NCBI RefSeq assembly: GCF_006345805.1
Contig: NC_043007.1
Span: 38,130,001-38,194,000 of the forward strand
Reading direction: 5' to 3'
DNA from: Octopus sinensis
Taxonomy: Eukaryota
DNA: 64,000 bases
Made by a program: the position numbers and the translations under genes. The notes below the pieces were generated by a model. The model saw only the letters and a list, made by a program, of their open reading frames with translations. It did not search any database and was not told the DNA's origin. Each line of letters starts with the position of its first letter. Position 1 is the stretch's first letter. Shown piece by piece: positions 51,962 to 64,000 of this stretch.

Positions 51962-52193
51962 TTTTTCTTTATTGCCCACAAGGGGCTAATTATAGGGAGG
52001 ACAAACAAGGACAGACAAAGGGATTAAGTCGATTACATCGAACCCAGTGCGAAACTGGTACTTTATTTATCGACCCCAAAAGGATGAAAGGTAAAGTCGA
52101 CCTCGGCAGAATTTGAACTCAGAATGTAATGACAGACGAAATACTGCTGAGCATTTTGCCCAGCACGCTAACGTGTCTGCCAGCTCACCGCCC
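51962..52193 (-). mobile_element. SINE family B with 17-bp TSD
   Basis: TSD aaatatgtgaagatata at 51945-51961 and 52195-52211. Confidence 0.92.
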
Positions 52194-52759
52194 TAAATAT
52201 GTGAAGATATAATAAAGAAAAGACAACTGGAGAAGAGCCATTAAAATAAGCAACTGAAGAAGACAGACAGATAGGTAAGTAGGTAGGTAGGTAGGTAGGT
52301 AGGCAGACAGACAGACAGAAAAGGCAGGAAGAGAGAAAGACATTAATAAACAAAAGATTAAAATGTGTAATAGTGTGTGTTGACTAAAAATTAATTCTGC
52401 TTATAATCTACATTACAAAGTTCAAAGACAATCTCTATGTGTATATATTGACTGTGGTTGGGCTTCAGTATGTTTTTGTTGTTGTTGTTCACAGGATGGA
52501 GAGAAGAAAGCATGGACAAAAAGGGAAGAGGATGTAGAAAAAGTTTTGAAAACAATGAATGCAGTATCTTGAGGAATAAAGCTAGCTGGAACCAAAAATC
52601 ATTGTTGTTATTATTGTTGTAGAGGTGCATGGCCCAGTGATCAGGGGCATTTAGCTGTGCTGTCTTAAGGCATGAGCATACTGCACAGCTGGCTGAAGAA
52701 AATCTGCCTCAATACTCTCCATCTGATCCATACAAGCAAGGCAGAATGGACATTAAATC

Positions 52760-52983
52760 GATGATGGTGATGATGATGATGATGACAACAACAACGATGA
52801 TGATGAAAATGACGATGACAACGACGATGACAACAATGATGACGATGATGATGAAAATGATGATGACAACGATGACGACGACAACAACGATGACAACGAC
52901 AACAACGATGACAACGATGATGACGACGATGACAACAATGACGGCGATGACAACAATGACGACGACGACAATGATGATGATGT
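52760..52983. repeat. (GAT/GAC/AAC)n trinucleotide tract
   Basis: Direct inspection. Confidence 0.92.
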
Positions 52984-54067
52984 ATGTTTCATTTGAGAGA
53001 TGAAACTGGGAAAACAAGTTTATTGTTGTTAAAACCAGCTCATTGAAGAGCCAAGCCTTTCAAACATCTAGGCTTCATTTTGAAAATTCATTTATATAAA
53101 TTTATTAATCATAAATTTAGCAATTCAGCTACAGGTATGATGGGCATTTCGATGCTTTGGGTGATTTTGGTGTTGCTTTTGAGAATGTTATTGTTGTTAT
53201 TATTGCTAATAATGATAATGATGTTTTCAATATCACTACTTTTTTGTTTTTGCATTTAATTTTGCTTTAGGGCTTTGTCAGAGAAGAAAGGGGCAATAAT
53301 TGTAACTATTGCAGAACCTCTGAGACTTGTTGGTGAAAAACAGCTGAGACTCATAGGTGACTCTAGAAGGAACCAGCACATCTATCTGCGTCCACTACTG
53401 ACCTGAACCTAACATCTGCTATAAGATCATGTCTGTATCATGATCATTATCACCACCACCACCCACAAAACACCACCACCAGCACCAACCACCAACACCA
53501 CCACCACTAACCACCAATGCTGCCACCTGCACCAACCACCAACACCACCACCATCACAGCCACCACTGCCACCACCACCCACTACCACAACCATCACAAA
53601 CCATCACCACTGCTGCCACCACCCACTACTATCACTACCACCACCACTGCCATCATCATTGTCATTTTTACACCTGTTTTTCCGTGCTTGGATGGCTTGG
53701 TTTGTCCCTCTCCAACACAACTTCTTGTTGCCATCTTTATGAAGTTCAAAATCCTGAGGCCAGCTTTCACCACTTCTTTCAGTTTTTCTCATTAAAAAAG
53801 ATTTTTTTTTCTTCTTTTTCTGGTTCACAACATTAAGCCTGATAGTCTGCACTTAACTATGTGTTTTTCATGCAGAAGGCATCCCAGGAAATTTTCCCAC
53901 ATGACTTTGGATAATGTAATTCTGGATACACTATGATTAAATTAAGAATACACCCTTCATCACAAGTCTTTCATCATCAGTCAGTCAGACAGGGCTGAGC
54001 TGGGGTGGTGAGGTTAGGCTAAAAAATAATACTAAACAATAATACTTACATTGTATTATTGTTTACA

Positions 54068-54240
54068 GGCGTAGGAGTGGCTGTGTGGTAAGTAGCTTGC
54101 TTACCAACCACATGGTTCCAGGTTCAGTCCAACTCCGTGGCACCTTGGGCAAGTGTCTTCTAGTATAGCCTCAGGCTGACCAAAGCCTTGTGAGTGGATG
54201 GTAGACGGAAACTGAAAGAAGCCCGTCGTATATATGTATG

Positions 54241-54272
<32 letters not shown>

Positions 54273-54502
54273 AATATATATATATACATGTGTGTATATG
54301 TTTGTGTCTGTGTTTGTCCCCCCAACATCGCTTGACAACTGATGCTGATGTGTTTATGTCCCCGTAACATAGCAGTTTGGCAAAAGAGACTGATAGAATT
54401 AAATACTAGGCTTACAAAGAATAAGTCCTGGGGTTGATTTGCTTGACTAAAAGTGGTGCTCCAGCATGGCCACAGTCAAATGACTGGAACAAGTAAAAGA
54501 GA
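54068..54502 (+). mobile_element. SINE family A, full length
   Basis: Same head, body and tail as other family A copies. Confidence 0.9.
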
Positions 54503-55417
54503 TATGTTGTTCATAAGCAGAGATGTTGCAGAACAATATGCTAAAATCTCTCAAACTTGAAACAAAAGCCAGGCCTGATCCTTGATTGACCTTAAAAATC
54601 TGGGAGATGCCTGGAAGGACTATAGATTCTGCCCCACCTACTTGGATAAAAGGATTAAATAATAAATAATAAAAAAACAAGACTAAATCACTGGACTATT
54701 TTGTTAAATATGTATATGTGTGTTTGTGTGTGCACATACGTTTGTGTGTAGTGGATATATAGGTCATAAGGCAGTGTGTTTAAAGGTCAGAAGTCAAAAG
54801 TACATCTATCAACCAAATTTATCAAACAAAATATTTTAGCTGATTGCAGAATAATCACATGGGCTTTCTTTCTCTCTTTCTTTCTTTCTTTCTTTCTGTC
54901 ATTTAATGTATTGAACCATTAACAAAACATCCAGGACAGATAATTATTATTTTTTTATTATTATGGTTACTCGACTTTACCATATTTGCCACTTTTTTTT
55001 TTTCGAGGATATTAGCTTTCTCATAGTGTGGCTGTGTGATAAGAAGCTTACTCTCCAACTACATGGTTCCAGATTCAGTCCCACTGGGTGACACCTTGGG
55101 CAAGTGTCTTCTACTATAGCCTCAGGGCAACCAAAGCTTTGTGTGTGAATTTGGTAGATGGAAACTGAAAGAAGCCTGTCATATATATAAGTATATATAT
55201 AAAAATTAGAAAAAAAAACACCTTTTATCAATTCAAAATAAACAATTAAATTACACCATCTAGAAAATTACATAAATAGAAATATTAAAAATAAAATAAC
55301 AATAATATACTGATGATTAAGTAAAATTCAAATTAATAATATAAACTTATATATTTGTTTAATATTTCTATTTATGTAATTTTCTAGATGGTGTAATTTA
55401 ATTGTTCATTTTTTCTA

Positions 55418-55462
<45 letters not shown>

Positions 55463-55467
55463 ATATA

Positions 55468-55870
55468 ATGTCTCTATGAGAGATTTAGAAATTCAGTATT
55501 TCTTATTTTGATAATCAGTGAATAGACTTCACTGAATTATAGATATATACAATTACGAAGTTGAGACAAATATCACCAGCTGACCGGTGTCTGCTACTCT
55601 AGGCCGATGAAGGACAATGATCCTGAAACACGTGTCCCTAGATGCAGCTTCAGCAGCCGGGGCTGTTTGTCTCCCCTTCGTAAATGTATATAATGACACA
55701 GGGAAAAATGTGTCAAAGCCATCAGGACGCGTTCGATGCTTCCTAGGGCTATACAGCGGTCGTGTACCCCCTACTGTTACGTTCGTGTTAGATTGACAGT
55801 ATACAACCATTCTATCGCCCCACCACCATACATGTCTCTACGAGAGATTTAGAAATTCAGTATTTCTTAT
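55468..55870 (+). mobile_element. Retrozyme/PLE-like 364-bp unit with 39-bp terminal direct repeat
   Basis: atgtctcta(t/c)gagagatttagaaattcagtatttcttat occurs at 55468-55506 and 55832-55870. The unit contains a hammerhead and is flanked by (TA)n. Confidence 0.65.
55598..55642 (+). ncRNA. Minimal hammerhead ribozyme with CCGAUGA core variant
   Basis: tctagg-ccgatga-agga caatga tcct-gaaa-cacgtg-tc-cctaga: 6-bp stem I, 4-bp stem II, palindromic stem III, GUC triplet. Confidence 0.75.
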
Positions 55871-56454
55871 ATATATAATATTTTGTGAAATTTGATTTAG
55901 TATTTCTAAATTGAATTTTTCCCTGTAAGTTAGGAATAATATTCCCTCAAATAATTATTATAAGTATATATATATCTATGTGTGTGTGTCTGTGTTTGTA
56001 CCCCACCACTGCTTGACAGCTGATGTTGGTGTGTTTATGTCCCCATAACTTAGCGGTTCAACAAAAGAGACCGATAGAATAAGTACTTTGCTTTAAAAAA
56101 AATTAGTCCTGGGGTCGATTCATTTGACTTCAAGGTAGCACCTCAGCATGACTGAAACAAGTAAACAATAAAAGATACTAATGATTTCAATATCATCAAA
56201 ATTATATTTCAGAGTGTACATGCCAGACAAGTTACTTGATCTGAGACTATGTGTTGAAACTAAAACGATTGCAACATGGAAGAAGACATGTGTCAGCCAT
56301 TCACTAGCACATGAAGATGTTAATATTACTTAAACATTTATTATAGTAATTAAACATTAAAAGTAACAATTTCTAACTTTAAAAAGCTCCAGGCCCACTT
56401 TTGCTCTTCTCTGTCACAAGTTGGTTCTTATCATGATGTTATGATATTTGATAT

Positions 56455-56848
56455 TATTTTCTTCTTGCTTATTCCAGTCATTTGACTGTATCCATTCTGG
56501 GGCACAGCCCTGAAGAATTTATAGTTGAATGAATCAACCCCAGTACTTATTTTTTGTTAAGCCTGGTACTTATTCTCTCGGTCTCCTTTGCTGAGATGCT
56601 AAGCTACAAGGATGTAAATACACCAACCGCAGTTGCCAAGCAGCAGTGGGGGGGCAAGCACGGACACAAACACACACATATACACACAACAGGCTTCTTA
56701 TAGATTCCATCTACCAAATCTACTCACAAAGCTTTGGTTGGCCTGAGACTATCATAAAAACACTTGCCCAAGGTGCTATGCAGTAGGACTGAACCCAAGA
56801 CCATGTGGTTAGGAAGAAAACTTCTTACCACACAGCCACACCTGAACC
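56455..56848 (-). mobile_element. SINE family A, diverged
   Basis: Reverse complement of family A. Confidence 0.8.
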
Positions 56849-57023
56849 TACGTATTTTTTATAAATTTTCCATTTATTTCACTTGATGTGCCAGCCTCAC
56901 TGTTTGTGTTTTTATTTTTGCTTTGTAAAATATTTCCTCAATAACATACTAAGCCACAAAAACATAGTCTGTGTTAGTCCTGTATATACACATTTACATA
57001 TTTAGGGTATTTATGTCTGTATA

Positions 57024-57255
57024 GGGCGGCGAGCTGGCAGAAACGTTAGCACGCCGGGTGAAATGCTTAGCGGTATTTCGTCTGCCGCTATGTTGTGAGT
57101 TCAAATTCCGCTGAGGTCGACTTTGCCTTTCATCCTTTCGAGGTTGATAAATTAAGTACCAGTTACGCACTGGGGTTGATGTAATCGACTTAATACCCAT
57201 GCCTGTCCTTGTTTGTCCCCTCTATATTTAGCCCCTTGTGGGCAATAAAGAAATA
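57024..57255 (+). mobile_element. SINE family B with 17-bp TSD
   Basis: TSD ggtatttatgtctgtat at 57006-57022 and 57256-57272. Confidence 0.92.
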
Positions 57256-58095
57256 GGTATTTATGTCTGTATGTGTGTATGGAAGGTTATATGGATGTGT
57301 AGGGGGATGTCAGTTTTTTTCTATATTGAGATTTGAGAGAAAATTCTAAGATGACAGGTGCTATGCAACTTCATATCAAAAACCCACCAAACACTGCTTA
57401 TAATGCAAGAATTGAACCTGTAAATAAAAGAGATGGAAAAAAGATGTTGAGTATTACAGTTGTTTCGAAGGTACATCGGGTGTATCTTATGTGGCATTAT
57501 GAATGTACTGTAACTGTCCAGTGTACATTTTCCTTGGGTACATATGACACTTTAGTTGAAAATAGTCTACTGTAGTGGAGAATGCAGAAAAGAAAAAAAA
57601 TGGGAATGGAGATTGAAATCAGTAAAAAAACGAGGTGTGCATTACTAACCAATTACCTTAGCGAGATAGACAGGGGTGTGGTATCATTTCATTATCAGCA
57701 TGCTCAAATTTTTGCAGTGGCTGATAATGAAATGGAACAGACATATGTAAACAAGCGTGTGTGTATACATATGTGTGTATGTTTATCTCTATATATATAA
57801 AACTGAGAATGTCTGTCTGTCTGTGTGTTTCCCTATGTCTTCAGGTGCTTAGTCCCAGCTGGCGGGGGTGATTGCCTCCCCTTTGCAAATATAAGGACAC
57901 AGAAAATGTGTCAAAGCTGACAGAAGACATCAGTGTTTCCTAGGGCTAAATGGCGGTGGTGTAATTCCCTTACGGGACTGTCACATTGAGTTGACAGTAT
58001 ACGACCACTATATCCTTAAATTGATTTTTGTGTTATATAAAAAACAATAGACATGCAGTGCATGACTAGCATGTCTCAACTGCACCCCGCTGATA

Positions 58096-58149
<54 letters not shown>

Positions 58150-58156
<7 letters not shown>

Positions 58157-58375
58157 ATCAAAGCAATTAAGATTCAAGTCAATTCCAATGAATTTACTTG
58201 AATGTGGTACTTAACTTAGATGCACCAGAAAAACTATATGGTGTTAACCATACAGTAATGTGGGGTGATTATAAACGAGAAAGAAGCAACAAGAATGGAT
58301 TAGTTTTTAGTACAATTGTATGAAACAATTGTACTAAAAACTAATCCATTCTTGTTGCTTCTTTCTCGTATATAA
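58150..58375. mobile_element. PLE-type fragment with a perfect 45-bp foldback
   Basis: Arms 58275-58319 and 58325-58369 are exact reverse complements. The fragment contains GAAA-CAATTG-TA (a hammerhead 3' half) and has (TA)n flanks. Confidence 0.6.
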
Positions 58376-59149
58376 ATATATATATATATCTGAATGTAAT
58401 GTATTTATATATGTATGCATTTATGTATGTGTGTATGTAAGTCTCAACTCACTCTTAGTGCTACTTGTAACATATAACCCAGTACATCCTGATGCCTAAC
58501 ATGGTCAAGCAGTTGGCAACTACACCAGCAAACCTACTAAGCCTGCTTGCTAAAGAAGATGGCCTTTGTTGGATATCCTGCAGGATGAAAAACAAAACCT
58601 GTCAAAAGTTGGATGAATTCAGTAGAAACAACAGCTATTCTACAGCTGGGAGTAAGAAACTCCTAGTCTTTTCTTAAATAGCATAGCTCTCTATGAGAAG
58701 GAAATTTATAAATAAGACATGCCTCACTGTGAAGCCAGAAATCTTGTATGTTTCAGGACTAATCAGCTTTGCTATGAGAGTCTTGGCAGTACTGTACAAG
58801 CTCAGCATGAACATTGCTGACAGTTGCTATCTTTAACATCTAGGATAAGATAATTTCTCAGTGATGGTTATACTTGACTACAAGTTGACAACCACCATGT
58901 ATATATGTGTGTATGTATCCATGTGTGTGTGTGTGTCTAATAGAGGCCTCAAAAGATATTTTGAGATCCACAAAGATCGGAACTTAACTGCAGCTCTTGG
59001 TGGTCCAAAGCAGATATGCAATTTATGTAGGTGTCTTTTCAAAATATTGTCTGGTTTTAAAAAGCCCACATCAGACGCCATGATAGAGCTAAGGTGTAAG
59101 TACAAGAGGTGGTCAGACTCTGCATAATGCATAGGCAACCACCTATGAA

Positions 59150-60394
59150 CAGGGGCTAGATAAAATAACAGATACACCACTTTTTATTTAACAATTTTTT
59201 CTATTGGCAATATGAGAAATTGAAAACTGTTCCAGTCAGTATATATGTGTTCAAATGCATTATGTATACTCTGTATTTCATAATATAATGCTCTATTTAA
59301 CTTCTTTTTTTTTTTTGCAGATATATTTAAATTAATTAAAATATTTATCTGATTTCCAAAGAGGATAACTTTTAGAACATGGCTGGCTGATGCTTCAGTC
59401 CCTAAAACTGCTAAATTATGTAATGTTTTTAAGAGGTACAGTGTCTAAAATCATGTTGGCATTCCTAAACCAAAATAAAACCAGCTCTGGCAAGCATAAA
59501 TCTAGATGGAAGACAAATCTCACAGAGAGGGACTAAAGAATAGTGAAATGTATTGGGTCTAAAAACCATCAAACTACAGCAGCAAAAGTGACAGCAGAGC
59601 TAAACCACTATCTAACCGATTTTGTGCCAACTAAAACCATTCATTGTGAGTTCCATAAAGCCAGATACTATTGGGGGGGAAGGTTGTAAGTGCTAAATAT
59701 TTCCTGTTGCATCAACATTGTTAATTTTCTGTCCCATCAACATTAAGTGGGGGAAAATGGTGTCTAGATTATTACAAGTGGTCAATTAGTCAATGAAACA
59801 ATGTCATCTTCTCTGATGAATTATCTTCACTCATTTTTCTACTTTGCATCAAAGTCTGAAGACAGCCCGATGAGCACTTAAACTATAACTGATTGGCCCC
59901 TAACATGAAGCAATCTAGGTGGCTCTGTGATGATTTGGACAGCCATATCATGGAATTCTCTGGGCTCTTTAATTGCTCTACATGGCAGAATTTAAACCAA
60001 GGACTATTTTAGTATTTTGGCTGATCATATCCATCCTATAGTACAAACATTGTTTCCTGATGGTATCACAGTCTTCCAGGACAATAATGCACCAAATTCC
60101 ATGGTTAATATTATCCAAAATTATTAAATGAGCACAAAAGTAATATACACTGCTCCACACACACAATCACCAGATCTCAATACAACCAAAATTTATGGTG
60201 CATTTTGGAGAAAAAGCAAAAGCAGATCTTACTTGAAGAATGGCTCAAAATTCCCCTAATAACCATCCAGAACCTGTATAAGCCAATTCCTTAACATATT
60301 AAACCTGTGATAAAGGCTAAAGGTGGACCAACACTGTATAAAATAATAAAATTTCTATTTAACAAGGCATTTCCATTATTTTGTCCGACCCTTG
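59150..60394 (+). mobile_element. Degraded Tc1-type transposon
   Basis: Imperfect TIRs caggggctagataaaataac / cattattttgtccgacccttg-TA; remnants LSDFQRG, VIFSDE, VFQDNNAP, QSPDLN and VIKAKGGPTLY. Confidence 0.85.
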
Positions 60395-61005
60395 TATGTA
60401 CTTATGTATATAAGCCTGTATGTGTATGTATATATATATGCATGTATGAATATATATGTGTGTGTGTGTGTTCATACATACATACATATACACACATACA
60501 ATATGTATATTGTAATTGTCATTTTAGTAAATAAATAAATAAATTGACATAATATAATGTCTAAAAGTTGATGAATACCACCTATTGATCCCCTCCATTT
60601 TCTTATTGCTCTATATATGTATATATATATATCATCATCATCATTTAATGTCCATTGTCCATGCTGGCATGGGTTGGATGGTTTGACCGGAGCTGGTAAG
60701 CTGGAAGGCTGCACCAGACTCCAGTCTAATTTGGCATGGTTTTCTACAGCTGGATGCTCTTCCTAATGCTGGTGTACAGATGCTGCACACTAATCTGTCT
60801 GGAGTTATGAGGATAGGACGTGGTCTATAAGTTCATCATTCAAATAGGAGTTGAGTGAGGAACTGATTGACCATGTCCATAGCATTTGGTAACATCTTGC
60901 TCTTTTCAGTGCATCTTTTGGATTTCATTTTTAACCCAAAATTCAGATGCTATTATTTATAGATTTGTTTACTTCAAGATTCACTTTTCCAAAATAGAAT
61001 ATATA

Positions 61006-61564
61006 TTGGGTTGTCCGGAAAGTTTGTGCCAATTTATTGTAGCTTACCTTTCAACTTATTTTAGAGCATGGTTCAGTTCCATAAAATAGGATTTGACTAC
61101 ACCACCATTTAGAGCACAGTTTAAGCTCTCTTTTCGTGGAAGAAGGTTTATGTTCGTATAGCCTGTGTTGATTCTGTAACCCTTTAAAATGGAAGATAAG
61201 AAAGTTCATTTTAAGCACTTGATGCTTTGGGAACCAGACAAAAATTGCTGTAGCTCAGCTGGTATGTGTTACCCCTACCCTCCATATTCACCAGATATTG
61301 CTCCTTTGGATTTCCACTTATTCAGGTCTCTGCAGAATGGTAAAAATTTCAATTCCTTGGATGACGTAAAAAGATACCTTGATGAATTCTTTGCCATGAA
61401 ATCACCTCAATTCTGGGAAGAGAGTATTTTCAAGTTAAAGGAAAGATGGAGACGCATTGTGCAACAAAATGGTTCATATTTGGTTGATTAAAAATGTAAT
61501 GGCAAGTATTTATTGACCTTTTTCTTTCCTTTAAAAATTGGCACAAACTTTCCGGACAACCCAA
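61006..61564 (+). mobile_element. Internally deleted mariner (mini-mariner), copy 2, with intact 100-aa mini-ORF (61189-61491)
   Basis: Same TIRs and TA TSD; ORF MEDKKVHFKHLMLWE...PPYSPDIAPLDFHLFRSLQ...RWRRIVQQNGSYLVD. Confidence 0.92.
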
Positions 61565-61962
61565 TATTTATGTGATGTGTGTGTATGTACCTGTGTGTGT
61601 GTGTGTGTGTATCTGTGTGTCAATTCTTATGTATGTGTTTCTGGTGAGATGCTAAAGAACTGTACTGAGCCATTAGACTACAGACACATAACCTGATTAT
61701 AGATGTGAAAGCTTGTGAAAGACCTATTGCACTTTTTGGGAGAAACTGATAGCAGAAAAATGGAGCTTGTTTTGTGACAACTTCTCTGAACAGCATTCCT
61801 TGAGTTATATATCTGAGTAACCTTCTCCTAGAGTCATGCTTTAACAAAATCAAAGGCCTGTATCACTTGCAATATTCTTACAGTATGGACACCAAATCAG
61901 AATTACTAAATCTCCAATCAATCAATCAGTCAATTAATCCATCCATCCATGTATGTATGTGT

Positions 61963-62251
61963 GGAGGCGCAATGGCCCAGTGGTTAGGGCAGTGGACTCG
62001 CAGTTTCGATTCCTAGACCGGGCGTTGTGAGTGTTTATTGAGCAAAAACATCTAAAGCTCCACGAGTCTCCGGCAGAGGGTGGTGGCGATCCCTGCTGTA
62101 CTCTTTCACCACAACTTTCTCTCACTCTTTCTTCTGTTGGCCTGCTCGCTTAGCCAGCGGGGTGGCTTCATTTTGGAGGCTAAAACAATGCAAAGCGCAT
62201 TGTGACCAGCGATGTGTAACGACATCTGATAGCCTGGTCGGTCACAGTGAT
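61963..62251 (+). mobile_element. tRNA-derived SINE family C
   Basis: Homologous to 22571-22862. Confidence 0.85.
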
Positions 62252-62264
62252 GTATGTATGTATG

Positions 62265-64000
62265 TATATGATGGACTCTCCCATTGGTTTCGATGTATGA
62301 GGCTCCAACAATGTACTCTTTCTCTGTCAGTCATAATGCTTATGTTGAATGTGACATTTAAGTCCCATCGACGATTTGCAAAGGAGGCCATGGGTGTTGC
62401 AAGTATGAGGATTACAGATCAGTGCAGGTGATATATTTGCAGCCACTTTTCTCCTTTTCCTTGCACACCAAAGCCTGTTAATGTTGGTTGCAGCAAAATT
62501 TTTAATACCATTTTGACACAATCTCTATTTTGTTCATTCCAAGGCTGCTTGCTCAAAAGTGTTGTGAGCTATCTTCATCTCTAAGAGGTTAGTCTTCAGC
62601 TTACTTATATATTTAAGCCATGGTCAACCAACAATCTTGTGCCCACTCTCAAGCTGGCTGTACATGAGGACTTTGGGTATTCTTTTGACACTTATTCTGA
62701 TGACATGGCCAGCCCAGTGTGATTGTGATTGTATAAGGAAGCTCTCAATTCCCCCAATCTTACACTTACTAAACAGATCGCCATTAGAAACTTTGTCTTT
62801 TAGTGAATAACCACAGATTGTCCTCAGATAGTCTTTGTGGAAGATGTCTAGTTGGTTAATGTGTCATCTATAGGGTATCCACGATTCTGAGCTATACAAG
62901 AGAGTAGTAAGAATGGTTGCTTTATAGACCTGTTCTTTGGTGTCAAGTTTGATGCTCCTTTCATTCCATAGGTGATGACAGAGTTTGCCAAATGCATTGG
63001 TTGCCTTTGCAAGACGGTTGATGGTTTCATCATCGTGGGAAGCACTCAAATTCACTTTACTACCAAGATGACTTCACATAATTTAGGCTTTTCACATTAA
63101 CCTGTATAGGAGTGTTAGGAAAATTGTGAACCAGTAGCCTCTAGTTGACCCCTCGAATTTGTTTAGGAGTAGGGCAAGGTTTGTGATTTACTTCTATCTT
63201 CTTTGACTATCTGCTGATGGTCAAACCAAAGGCTTTATGTGCAGCAGAAAACCGGTCTAGAAGTTTCTGAGCTTCGTCTAAAGAGGTCGCTACTGGTGCA
63301 GCAGCATCTGCAAAAAGTAGATCACAAATGATACTGGTGCATAGCACTGATCTGGCTTTGAAACACTGATGATTGAATAGTCCACCACTTGTTCGAAACT
63401 GGAATTTAATACCATTTTTTTTTGTCACCAAAAGCAAACCTCAGCATCACTGAAAAGAAGAGAGTATAAACAAAATAGGGGCCATAACACAACCTTGCTT
63501 TGTGCTGTTTGTAACATTGAAGGAAGTCAAAGATTCCCTACTGTCTTCATTCCCTCATGAAAGGAGATGATAACATTCAATACCTTGTCAGGTATACCAA
63601 GCTTTTTCAGAACTTTCCATAGTGCTTGCTGGTTAACAGTGTCAACAGCCTTAGTAAGGTCAACGAATATCAAGAACAACACTTGATTTTTCTCACATAC
63701 CTTCTCCATGACCTGTCAGAGAGAAAAGATCATGTTGATAGTGCCATGACCAGAGTGAAATCTGCACAGTGATTCTGGATAGATATCATTTACAACATGT
63801 TCGATGATCCTGTCAAGAATGAGTCAAGCAAGAATCTTACCAGCAATAGACAGAAGTAATATTCCATGATGATTATCACAGACACTTCGGTTTCCTTTGT
63901 TCTTATAAAGATGCTGATTTGAGGCATCCTTGAAGTCCTGTGGTACATAGCCTACCATCTAAATGTTTATGAAGAGGTCATGCAGTTTCTTAGAAAACTT
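62265..64000 (-). mobile_element. RTE (BovB-like) LINE, RT region plus 3' end, degenerate; runs off the window
   Basis: Motifs FVDLTKAVDTVNQQALWKVLKKLGIP, KQGCVMAP, DLLFADAAA, FGLTIS and LLYSSESW; the 3' end runs into (TACA)n. Confidence 0.9.

Larger units (their letters stand above)
55025..56175 (+). mobile_element. SINE family A split by PLE/retrozyme-like insertions in its internal microsatellite
   Basis: Head 55025-55185 and tail ~55975-56175 are colinear with intact copies. Confidence 0.75.

Noticed and set aside
52709-53017. Hydrophobic V/I-rich and M/T-rich ORFs
   Set aside because: (GAT/GAC)n repeat translation.
57024-57110. tRNA-like sequences with A/B boxes (also 22900, 47930, 61963)
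   Set aside because: They continue into SINE bodies with tails or TSDs; no complete cloverleaf.

Overview
AT-rich, microsatellite- and SINE-dense animal genomic DNA. The repeat families and composition suggest an octopod cephalopod (inference). Almost all ORF-track entries are low-complexity or repeat artefacts. One real gene is supported: a minus-strand glia maturation factor (GMF, ADF-H family). It has four internal coding exons (30910-30820, 16909-16860, 1709-1577, 444-371) that splice in frame with canonical GT-AG sites, and two candidate ATG-only first exons (42748-42746 and 50492-50490); the last exon lies left of the window. The rest is introns and flanks filled with tRNA-derived SINEs, RTE and Dong/R4 LINE fragments, mariner/Tc1/maT relics and MITEs, two non-autonomous Helitrons and a possible solo LTR. 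The most interesting signal is a set of Penelope-like/retrozyme-type non-coding elements sitting in (TA)n tracts. They carry minimal hammerhead ribozymes, each family with its own palindromic stem III. They include a ~1-kb near-perfect foldback with two opposed hammerheads inside a GMF intron, a 364-bp terminally repeated unit with a CCGAUGA-core hammerhead, and a second diverged copy of that unit's structured RNA body. All alignments and folds were done by eye.
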